Positions 44,331-52,239 of a stretch of DNA of 64,000 nucleotides are shown piece by piece. The notes beneath the pieces are model-generated. The model did no database searches. It saw only the letters and a list, made by a program, of their open reading frames with translations, and was not told the origin of the DNA. Origin of the DNA: a virus. Lineage: Duplodnaviria; Caudoviricetes. The stretch is taken from the IMG/VR virus record IMGVR_UViG_3300035498_000356, positions 1 through 64,000 of that record; one strand, 5' to 3'. The position numbers were made by a program, and so were the translations under genes. Within the stretch, counting starts at the first letter, position 1, and the number at the start of each line of letters is the position of its first letter.

Positions 44331-44398
44331 ATCTCTATAGTTCAATGGTAGAACAATAGTTTTTACTAGAAATGATAGTTCGAATCTATCTAGAGACA
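44331..44398 (+). ncRNA. tRNA-like RNA with truncated anticodon arm
   Basis: TAGTTCAATGGTAGAAC D arm, GATAG-TTCGAAT-CTATC T arm; anticodon arm only TAGT-TTTT-ACTA. Confidence 0.6.
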
Positions 44399-44466
44399 CT
44401 ACTGAGTTTTTCATGATGTTTAGGTTAGATGCAAAAGCTACAGTTCGTGAGAATAGTAGCTTATAC

Positions 44467-44553
44467 ACTCCATTAACTCAATGGTAAGAGTCGGATCCTT
44501 ATAAGATCAAAGCCCTAGCAAGGTATAACCTGGGTCAGTACCAGGATGGAGTA
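44467..44553 (+). tRNA. tRNA with UAU anticodon (Ile?), long variable arm, atypical T-loop
   Basis: ACTCCAT/ATGGAGT; GATC-CT-TAT-AA-GATC; CCTGG-GTCAGTA-CCAGG. Confidence 0.6.
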
Positions 44554-44572
44554 CTAAAATTTTAAATTGATT

Positions 44573-44836
44573 ATGACTTTCAGAGAATTAGAATTCAATC
44601 CACATCGAGTGGACCCTACTGCCATACAAGCTAGAGCATATTTCCCTAATGGATATGAATTATCAATAATAGGAGGTGATAGTTTCTATGGAAATGGAAA
44701 AGATACATTTGAAGTAGCAATACTTAAAAATGGTCAACTATGTTATGATTCTCCACTCACAGATGATGTTTTAAAGTTTCAAACTCCTGAAGATATTGAT
44801 AATATTCTTCAAGAAGTAGAATCTTATCTTCCATAA
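44573..44836 (+). CDS. Hypothetical protein
   Basis: FPNGYELSII...YG...FEVAIL..YDSPLTDDV motif common in phages. Confidence 0.75.
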   Translation: MTFRELEFNPHRVDPTAIQARAYFPNGYELSIIGGDSFYGNGKDTFEVAILKNGQLCYDSPLTDDVLKFQTPEDIDNILQEVESYLP

Positions 44837-44846
44837 TGTTAGTAAA

Positions 44847-44919
44847 GATTTAGGTAGTTTAATGGTTAGAACGCTTAATCGCATTTAAGAGATAGAAGTT
44901 CGAATCTTCTTCTAAATCC
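44847..44919 (+). ncRNA. tRNA-like RNA with 6-nt anticodon loop (Cys-like GCA)
   Basis: CTTAA-TCGCAT-TTAAG; D and T arms present. Confidence 0.55.
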
Positions 44920-44995
44920 TATTTTTGTCATTTTTATAATTGGTTTTAATGGTTGGGTCTTTATAGTTTTCTTCCTTTAAAGAAAGCTATTGTTT

Positions 44996-45066
44996 TGGAA
45001 TATGGTGTAATGGTAGCACTACAGATTTTGATTCTGTCTGCCAAGGTTCGAATCCTTGTATTCCAA
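44996..45066 (+). tRNA. tRNA-Gln (UUG)
   Basis: TGGAATA/TATTCCA; ACAGA-TT-TTG-AT-TCTGT. Confidence 0.9.
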
Positions 45067-45084
45067 CTAAAAATATTTAAAGAT

Positions 45085-45279
45085 ATGGTAAAGTACATAC
45101 TTAAACAAGGCAATGCGGCATTTGTTAGATTGTCAACTAATGATGAGTATGTTATTACTCCTGTAGTTGATAATGCTACTTTATTTGACTATGTTGGAGA
45201 TGCAATGAAAGTTGCAGTATCCATCAATGATAGACTTAGATCTAATATTACACGATTTATTTCAATGAACGTCAAATAA
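45085..45279 (+). CDS. Small hypothetical protein
   Basis: Track ORF 44953 trimmed to the ATG after tRNA-Gln. Confidence 0.6.
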   Translation: MVKYILKQGNAAFVRLSTNDEYVITPVVDNATLFDYVGDAMKVAVSINDRLRSNITRFISMNVK

Positions 45280-45441
45280 AAAATTTCTCAGCTCACACCT
45301 ATTGCTACAATGGTCGTTGACTTTTATAAAAGGGTTTTCAACAAGATAAATCTTTTTCAGGTAGGAACATACTGAATAATTGTTTCAGAGAAATTTATTT
45401 AAGATAGTTTGAGAGTTCTACTTAAATAAATTTCTCACAAT

Positions 45442-45514
45442 GCTCTCTTCTTCTAAGTGGTTAGGAATCCAGATTTTCATTCTGGCAATTCGGGTTCGAA
45501 TCCCGGAGAGAGTG
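45442..45514 (+). tRNA. tRNA-Glu (UUC)
   Basis: CCAGA-TT-TTC-AT-TCTGG; cloverleaf. Confidence 0.88.
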
Positions 45515-45755
45515 CAAAATATTCAAATGTTTTATAGCTTCGCAGGTAAAGACAGAACAGCCTTGCCTATTCAATAATATAATTTGATTCGCGGTAGTAT
45601 AATTATTGAGAATAGCATTGATAGAAACGTCTATGTGCACAAAATATATCTATCAGGAATTTGTAATTACAAATGGCAGTAAGGCTATAAAACTTTATGA
45701 ATATGTAGGTCCATGCCCGATAACACTAGGAGTACCTGTAAAAGTATGGATATTC

Positions 45756-45828
45756 GTGCGTATTAGCTTAAATGGAAAGCGCCTCTTTCAGTAGGTATTT
45801 ATGCTGGTTCGAGTCCAGTCTACGCACC
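45756..45828 (+). ncRNA. tRNA-like RNA with 8-nt anticodon loop (CUUUCAGU)
   Basis: GTGCGTA/TACGCAC, D arm, GCTGG-TTCGAGT-CCAGT; anticodon ambiguous (UUC or UCA). Confidence 0.55.
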
Positions 45829-45836
45829 TAATATAT

Positions 45837-45909
45837 CGGAATGTATTTCAGTAGGTAGAATTCTTCATTTGGGATGAAGAGGTCGCACGTTCGAGTCGTG
45901 TCATTCCGA
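45837..45909 (+). tRNA. tRNA-Pro (UGG)
   Basis: CGGAATG/CATTCCG; CTTCA-TT-TGG-GA-TGAAG. Confidence 0.88.
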
Positions 45910-46200
45910 CTTATTTATTTAAAAAGATTACAGACTTTTTTCTAATATAGTTTTTTATTTTATTTAATTTCATTTTGTATGTCAACTTGAGGAATTAGTT
46001 TTAAACTAAGATGGGCAAAATACTGAATTAACAGTTGAAAGATTCTGTAGCTGTCAGGTGTAATTGGAATCAAATTAGGGTATGCTAAGACAGGCATTAT
46101 AGGAAGTTAATCTATTGTAAAAGGTGTGATTCCTTTGGGAATTAGTATGAATTACTAATTACTTTAAATTCTTTAGATTGAGTAAAGTTGACATATTTTT

Positions 46201-46286
46201 AGAGGATAAACCTTTTAGGAAAAGGAATTGTTTGCTAAACAAATTGTGCAATATTATTGCATATGGTTCGAGTCCATTGTCCTCTA
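46201..46286 (+). tRNA. tRNA-Ser (GCU)
   Basis: TTGT-TT-GCT-AA-ACAA; long variable arm. Confidence 0.75.
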
Positions 46287-46302
46287 CTAATTTTTAATAA
46301 TT

Positions 46303-46581
46303 ATGGCAAAAGCATTTCAAAACGAAAAAGGATTCAAGGTTATTGAATTAAATACTGATGAATGTAGAGATCTTAGATGGGGAATCCCTGAAGGGATGGT
46401 ATGCATGCATTGCAATAATATTATTGAAGGTCCTGTATACTTTATTGTAGTTCTTAATGATGTTATGGATAAAAAATGTTATGATGAATACATGTCCACT
46501 GCTATTTATTATGAAGAAGATAAAGAATACGAAGATAGGAATTTTAAGTATTATTGTAAGCTTTTAAATTTGGCACTATAG
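46303..46581 (+). CDS. Hypothetical Cys-containing protein
   Basis: CMHCN...VLNDVMDKKCY. Confidence 0.7.
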   Translation: MAKAFQNEKGFKVIELNTDECRDLRWGIPEGMVCMHCNNIIEGPVYFIVVLNDVMDKKCYDEYMSTAIYYEEDKEYEDRNFKYYCKLLNLAL

Positions 46582-46620
46582 ATTTTATTTATAGTGCCTT
46601 TTATTTTTTTTTAATTAGTT

Positions 46621-46875
46621 ATGATAAATAAATTAAAACAAGACATTGAGGATGATTATATTTTCTTAGATTCTTTACTTAGTCAAGAAATTACATATAA
46701 GCCAAATACTATCTTGGATATTTATAATAAATATCCTGATGATATTAAAGAAATACTTATAAAATATTTATCAAAACATATTGAATATAATACTTTAAAG
46801 ATATTAAAATTAAAACTTGAGAAATCTGAACAAGGCGAACCTCTTTCAGATGAAGACTTAATAAAATGTATTTAA
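46621..46875 (+). CDS. Hypothetical protein
   Basis: Track ORF. Confidence 0.6.
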   Translation: MINKLKQDIEDDYIFLDSLLSQEITYKPNTILDIYNKYPDDIKEILIKYLSKHIEYNTLKILKLKLEKSEQGEPLSDEDLIKCI

Positions 46876-46876
46876 T

Positions 46877-47203
46877 ATGGACACAATTACAAATGGAGAC
46901 TGTTTAGTAGAAATACTAAGAGACTGTTGGGAGGATAGGTATAAAAAAGAACATCCTTCTTTAAAGTTGGGTAGATTTAATTATGTTGTCGAAGATGGAA
47001 AATTAGATAGAATCTATTCTTTTTTATCAGATATAGGCGCTTATTTATTATGGGATAAGCAAAGGATAGAAGTTGATATAATTCCAGATGTAAAAGATTA
47101 TATTGAATATGAGGAGAAGTATATGCATCATGCATTAGATGTTGTTAACTCTTATATGCAAGATGAAATTAATCAGAATGAAGAAAATACACAAATTTCT
47201 TAA
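46877..47203 (+). CDS. Hypothetical protein
   Basis: Track ORF. Confidence 0.6.
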   Translation: MDTITNGDCLVEILRDCWEDRYKKEHPSLKLGRFNYVVEDGKLDRIYSFLSDIGAYLLWDKQRIEVDIIPDVKDYIEYEEKYMHHALDVVNSYMQDEINQNEENTQIS

Positions 47204-47242
47204 AAACAGTCCACAGAAAGTTGAACTAAAACTGATAAAAGA

Positions 47243-47620
47243 ATGAACTTTGAATTATATACTTATGAAAAGAATGTATATATAAAAAGAGAATTTTTTA
47301 ATAAAGAAGTTAGTCCATTAATTAAATGTGTATTGTATAATGATGAAGTCCTTGTTCCACTTTGTTCATTATTTAGTAGACGTGATGTAGAAAAAGTCAT
47401 AATTAATGAAAAAGGACAAGTATGCTTTATAATACCACAAACAGTTAATAATGGATATATAAAACATGTTACAATTTCATTTATTAATGAACTTGCTTCT
47501 TTATTAGGACTTGACAATATTGATAATGTATCAATAGAATGTACAAATATCAATCCTTTTCATATATACATAATATTTCCTGAAGTTAAAACAATAGAAA
47601 TTAAACATGAGAACAATTAA
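47243..47620 (+). CDS. Hypothetical protein, paralog family A
   Basis: LYTYEKNVYI...VLYNDEVLVPL. Confidence 0.65.
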   Translation: MNFELYTYEKNVYIKREFFNKEVSPLIKCVLYNDEVLVPLCSLFSRRDVEKVIINEKGQVCFIIPQTVNNGYIKHVTISFINELASLLGLDNIDNVSIECTNINPFHIYIIFPEVKTIEIKHENN

Positions 47621-48011
47621 ATTCAGAGGTAAAATTGTAGGAACTGGAGAATGGACTTATGGAAATTTACTTATAGCTAATAATACATATAGTATTTTTG
47701 ATTCTGAATCATATGCCACACATGAAGTAATTCCAGAATCAGTTGGGCAATTCACTGAAGTATATGATTCTACTGGAGAAGAAATATATGAGGGTGATAT
47801 TGTAAAAACAACTCTAATATCTGATGAACCAAATACTGATTATCCAAAAGTTAGTAAAGTAAAATTTCATCCTTGGTATGGTTGGAGATTTGGAGCTGAT
47901 TATATTAGATATGGATTTCCTCTTGAAAATCCTAATCTTAAGCCTAAAGAAAGAGTTGAAGTTATAGGAAATATTTATGATAACCCTAACTTGTTAAAAA
48001 CAAAAAAATAA
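47607..48011 (+). CDS. YopX family protein
   Basis: IKFRGK..WTYG..VGQFT..D..G.EIYEGDI..EVIGNIYDNP.LL. Confidence 0.9.
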   Translation: MRTIKFRGKIVGTGEWTYGNLLIANNTYSIFDSESYATHEVIPESVGQFTEVYDSTGEEIYEGDIVKTTLISDEPNTDYPKVSKVKFHPWYGWRFGADYIRYGFPLENPNLKPKERVEVIGNIYDNPNLLKTKK

Positions 48012-48042
48012 TACTAGAAATTTCATAAATACTTATACCAAT

Positions 48043-48309
48043 ATGACAGACAAACAATTTACTAGAGCACTTGAATTGCGCAAGCAAATGGAAGAACTTC
48101 TAGATAGAGATATACAATTATCTGAATATCTTGAAATAATTGATGATACTAATGATATGACATCTCCGCAAATTATGGAAATAGTCATGAAAATGTTTGA
48201 TTTAAATCCAGAAGCAGCAAGAGATATGATGTATAAACTAATTCACAAGATAAGCGAATATACAATCGAGTACTACAATGTATTACGTAAAGAGTTTCAA
48301 AGTCTTTAA
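48043..48309 (+). CDS. Hypothetical protein
   Basis: Track ORF. Confidence 0.6.
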   Translation: MTDKQFTRALELRKQMEELLDRDIQLSEYLEIIDDTNDMTSPQIMEIVMKMFDLNPEAARDMMYKLIHKISEYTIEYYNVLRKEFQSL

Positions 48310-48393
48310 ATATGTCAATGATTATTTTAATTATATTTGCAGGAATATTTTCAATATTATTTTGGTACATAATAAATAAAATAATTAATTTAG

Positions 48394-48708
48394 ATGAAAA
48401 CAAGGCTGTTAAAGAAACTTCGCAAGCAAGCGAAAAGAGCTATAATTGCTTGCGTCGATGTTTGGTTCGATAGAAAAATAATGTATACGATTACTTACTC
48501 TGGTAAGAGCAATGAAGGTTATGCCCTAAATGCCTTACGACAGTTTAATGCACCTCGTTCTACTAAGTATATTGAGTCTTTACCTGTTTTATATGAATGT
48601 CTATCAGATGTAAGGTGATTATATATTCTTGAATTAATTCAAGATATGCGTAGACAAAGGTTATATAAATTAGCGCAAAACGAAGCGAAAATAATATCTA
48701 AATTATGA
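48394..48708 (+). pseudogene. Hypothetical gene interrupted by an in-frame TGA at 48616
   Basis: Frame continues to a TGA overlapping the next ATG; paralog of 48705. Confidence 0.5.
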
Positions 48709-49040
48709 AAACAGAACTACTAAAAGCACTCCGTGAGTTGGCTAATCTAAAAATTGACTACTCTACAAATAAACATACATATATCTTGTACAAATACACT
48801 TACAGCAGAGACTGTCATATGTATGGTAGAGATGCAGATGTGGAGCAATACTCTGACTATAAAGAATTCGATAAAGCAAGACGTATTTGCAGATGTGATT
48901 GTATTCTAAGGTTCGTACAACTTCTGAGAAATGCCATATCAACGCTCATGGATGCTGAAATACCGGAGTACATGGAGTACTCGGAACTTGCCATTATGTG
49001 GTATATTAAAAAAGCTAAAGAACGCGACAGTATAAATTAG
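48705..49040 (+). CDS. Hypothetical protein (MKT.LLK.LR family)
   Basis: Track ORF. Confidence 0.6.
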   Translation: MKTELLKALRELANLKIDYSTNKHTYILYKYTYSRDCHMYGRDADVEQYSDYKEFDKARRICRCDCILRFVQLLRNAISTLMDAEIPEYMEYSELAIMWYIKKAKERDSIN

Positions 49041-49054
49041 AACATTTCCGACAA

Positions 49055-49270
49055 ATGTCAGAACAGAATAAATGCAAAACGTGCGACCATCACAAACGCA
49101 AGGTGCGGATGGGCGAGATAGTGAGCACTTGTACACTCCGTGCAACCAAGCGCAGCACTATCGATGATGAGATAACAGACCCCGACTCAGTGTGTGACCG
49201 ATACTCCCCCAAGCAGAGCAACATCGTACTCGGCTACAAAGGAGGACTCGGCACTATCAGCGAAGACTGA
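49055..49270 (+). CDS. Small Cys-rich protein, GC-rich patch
   Basis: CKTCDHH...C...CDRY. Confidence 0.6.
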   Translation: MSEQNKCKTCDHHKRKVRMGEIVSTCTLRATKRSTIDDEITDPDSVCDRYSPKQSNIVLGYKGGLGTISED

Positions 49271-49336
49271 AAAAGGGAAATAACAAGGTAAAATAGGGAA
49301 TTTTTCAAAAATTTCCCAATCTAAACAACAGATAAC

Positions 49337-49624
49337 ATGATAGGAAAGAAAGTAATTGTCCGTGGTGACAGAAGTGGTGTGTTTTTCGGCACATTGAGTG
49401 AGAGAAATGGTGGAGAAGTAGTACTGACTAACTGCCGTAGGTTGTGGTATTGGAATGGGGCGAATTCCATATCACAAATTGCTGTTGATGGAGTTGCAGA
49501 ACCCGAAGATTGCAACTTTACAGTAGCAGTAGAGTCTATATTAATACTTGATGCGATAGAGATTATTCCATGTACGGATAAAGCTATCAACTCAATTGAA
49601 GGAGTAAAAATATGGAAGTATTAA
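49337..49624 (+). CDS. Sm-like/DUF6948-type small protein
   Basis: IVRGDRSGVFFG...RRLWYWNGA.SISQIA.DG. Confidence 0.7.
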   Translation: MIGKKVIVRGDRSGVFFGTLSERNGGEVVLTNCRRLWYWNGANSISQIAVDGVAEPEDCNFTVAVESILILDAIEIIPCTDKAINSIEGVKIWKY

Positions 49625-50301
49625 GTACTGAAAAGATAGAAGAATTTCTATCAATTAGCTCTGGCTATGGCTCTAGTCCTGGCTCTGGCGATTGTTATGG
49701 CTCTGGTTATGGCTGTGGCACTAGATCAAGCCATAGTTCAGGTCCTGACTCTATCCTTGGTTATGATCTTGGTCATGGTTATGGCTCTGGTTCTGGCTCT
49801 ATTTATGGTTTTGGCTATGGTGAAGGTTGTGGTCATTATGGTGATAATATTGGTAATTTCAATGGTGTAAAAGTCTATCAAGTTGACCAAATGCCCACTA
49901 TATTTTGCAGTATTCATGGCAATAGTGCGCAATGTATGATACTTAACCAAGATTTTACATTGACTCCTTGTTTCGTAGTAAAAAGTAATGATATGTTTGC
50001 TCATGGAGAAACACTACACAAAGCTATGAGTGCACTCCAATATAAACTATTTCAGAAGTGCCCACCGAAAGAAAGAGTTGCTAAGTTTCGCGAAGAGTTT
50101 CCCGATTTCAACACTCCGATTGACGCAGCAATTCTATTTGATTGGCATCATAAGTTGACCGGTAGTTGTGAAATGGGTAGACTTAATTTCTGTAAAAATC
50201 ATAACATTAACCTTGAAACAGATACATTCACCGTAAATGAGTTTATAGAGTTAACTCAAAACTCTTATGGTGGAGAAATTATTAAACTAATAAAGAGATG
50301 A
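49612..50301 (+). CDS. Protein with G-Y/S-G repeat N-terminus
   Basis: GYGSG repeats; FAHGETLH.A, WHHKLTGSC.MGR. Confidence 0.75.
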   Translation: MEVLSTEKIEEFLSISSGYGSSPGSGDCYGSGYGCGTRSSHSSGPDSILGYDLGHGYGSGSGSIYGFGYGEGCGHYGDNIGNFNGVKVYQVDQMPTIFCSIHGNSAQCMILNQDFTLTPCFVVKSNDMFAHGETLHKAMSALQYKLFQKCPPKERVAKFREEFPDFNTPIDAAILFDWHHKLTGSCEMGRLNFCKNHNINLETDTFTVNEFIELTQNSYGGEIIKLIKR

Positions 50302-50492
50302 ATAAAAAGAGAGAAATTAATTTAAGTGCACTTATGTATATACTTACATATTGCTTGATTATTTTTATTCCTGAGATAATTACACTTGGATTATCAGGAG
50401 AATTAAATGACATATACAATTTGTTAAACAATGCATGGATAGCAGCTATGTTGTCTATTGCTGTAGCTAATTTACAAATAACAGAGTCATAA
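50298..50492 (+). CDS. Small membrane protein
   Basis: Two hydrophobic segments. Confidence 0.55.
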   Translation: MNKKREINLSALMYILTYCLIIFIPEIITLGLSGELNDIYNLLNNAWIAAMLSIAVANLQITES

Positions 50493-50508
50493 ATATCCAA
50501 CTTAGTCA

Positions 50509-51057
50509 ATGAGTTTAATAAACTTTAAAAGAGATATGATGCAAACAGCTACAACAATAAGTCAAGGTAAACATTTACTTGATTTAGGTATATCTTATAA
50601 ATCATCTGATATGTATTATGTCTTTACTATATACACAGAAGATGATAGATTTATAATGAATGCTTCATTAGAAGATTACGAAGATGCAATTAAAAAAGAT
50701 ATGGAAGCATATAGTGAATTATTTTATTGCAATAGAACTCCTAGTGAAGATACCTCTTCATTCCCAGCATGGTCTTTAATGGCACTAATTAATTTATGTC
50801 CAAATGCAATTAATTATGCAATTAAAGATGATGATTATTTTGAAGAATGTGAAGCACTAATATCCAACAATAGCATTATTGGTCGCTTTGCACTTGTAAG
50901 AGAAAGTAATCATAGTTGGAAATGTGGATATTATACTTTAAATAGTTACGTATGTGTTGCAATGCGTGGTTATAGTGCATTTGATGCTATTATCAAATTA
51001 ATTGAATGGTTATTTAATAATTATCCTAAAACTTATAAAAATTATTTAAATAAATGA
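50509..51057 (+). CDS. Hypothetical protein, paralog family B
   Basis: ATTISQGKHL...PAWSL.AL...DAIIKLIEWL. Confidence 0.65.
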   Translation: MSLINFKRDMMQTATTISQGKHLLDLGISYKSSDMYYVFTIYTEDDRFIMNASLEDYEDAIKKDMEAYSELFYCNRTPSEDTSSFPAWSLMALINLCPNAINYAIKDDDYFEECEALISNNSIIGRFALVRESNHSWKCGYYTLNSYVCVAMRGYSAFDAIIKLIEWLFNNYPKTYKNYLNK

Positions 51058-51455
51058 AACCATTTAAATTTAGAGGAAAGAATCCGTATACTAATGAATG
51101 GGTATATGGTTCTTTATTGCAGACTTCGGATGGTACATTAAATTGTATTATTAATCAGGATACTGTAGCACCAGGAGAACCTTTTGAAGTAGATAAAGTA
51201 GATCCCGATACTATTGGAATGCGTACTGAAATGTGTGATTCTGATGGAAAAGAAATATACGAAGGAGACATTATTACAGTAGTTAATGAACCAACTAATT
51301 ATTCAGCAACTATTTTAGTAGAAATTAATCCTTGGCATGGAATTGTACTTGGAACCTTTAATGACGTTTTTGTATACGATCCTTCAAGTGTTCTTAAAGT
51401 TATTGGCAATGCTTATGATAATCCTGAATTATTAGATAAATTAACATATCGTTAA
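51054..51455 (+). CDS. YopX family protein
   Basis: FKFRGK..WVYG..DGKEIYEGDI..VIGNAYDNPELL. Confidence 0.9.
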   Translation: MKPFKFRGKNPYTNEWVYGSLLQTSDGTLNCIINQDTVAPGEPFEVDKVDPDTIGMRTEMCDSDGKEIYEGDIITVVNEPTNYSATILVEINPWHGIVLGTFNDVFVYDPSSVLKVIGNAYDNPELLDKLTYR

Positions 51456-51456
51456 T

Positions 51457-51975
51457 ATGAAAAAATCACAAATAGAGTATCTATTAAATACTCAAGACTT
51501 TAATTCAAATCAAGTAACAACTTTAGAACAAAGTATCAAGCTTAGGAATTTTATTAATTCATTTGCTGATAAAAAGTATATCTTTATTGATACAGTTACT
51601 TTTGAAGAAGTTTCATATGATAAAATGATTGAAGAATCATTAAATTGTCATATTATTTTAGTTGATATTGATTTTGATACTAAATATGGTATTTTAGCAT
51701 GGAGCTTTGAAAAATTATTTCATTTACTAAGATTTATTGGAGGATATAAAATGTTTTATACTCCTGGTGAATGGTTACCTGAAAATGATATAAAAAGCAC
51801 ATGTTGTATTATTAGACCATACACAAAACCTAGTGAAATTTATTGTGGAACAGGAATCAATGAACTAGAAGCAATAGTTAACGCAATTTGTAAACTTAAA
51901 AAAAATGATTTATATTTGCTTAATGATTTTGATATGTCTTCTAACTTTTATCATTTATCAAATAATCAAATATAG
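51457..51975 (+). CDS. Hypothetical protein, paralog family B
   Basis: VTTLEQSIKL...LAWSFEKL...EAIVNAICKL. Confidence 0.6.
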   Translation: MKKSQIEYLLNTQDFNSNQVTTLEQSIKLRNFINSFADKKYIFIDTVTFEEVSYDKMIEESLNCHIILVDIDFDTKYGILAWSFEKLFHLLRFIGGYKMFYTPGEWLPENDIKSTCCIIRPYTKPSEIYCGTGINELEAIVNAICKLKKNDLYLLNDFDMSSNFYHLSNNQI

Positions 51976-52239
51976 TAGAGAAACTAATAGGTTATATGAT
52001 GAATGTAGAGACTCGCTAAGTAAAGCTATACTAGAGATAGAAGAAACTAGAAAGATGTTATTAGAAGAGTTAGATAAACTATAAATAATTTAAATTTTTA
52101 AAACTATGATTAAATTCTTAAAAAAATTAATGATTTGGTATTTTGAATCTACTGCTAAAATTTACAATTAGAAAAGTATTAGTGACTTATAAGTCATTAA
52201 TACTCCATTTTGAGAGTTTAATCTTAAAAAGTTAAAATT

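Noticed and set aside
44953-45084. 5' part of track ORF 44953-45279, and ORF 45606-45794
   Set aside because: They overlap tRNA-Gln and a tRNA-like element; the likely start is 45085 and the second ORF is unsupported
43330-46290. CRISPR array
   Set aside because: Repeats are neither identical nor regularly spaced, and no cas genes are in the window
49660-49850. Hexamer GGNTMT repeats as a regulatory repeat
   Set aside because: They simply encode the G-Y/S-G low-complexity tract of ORF 49612
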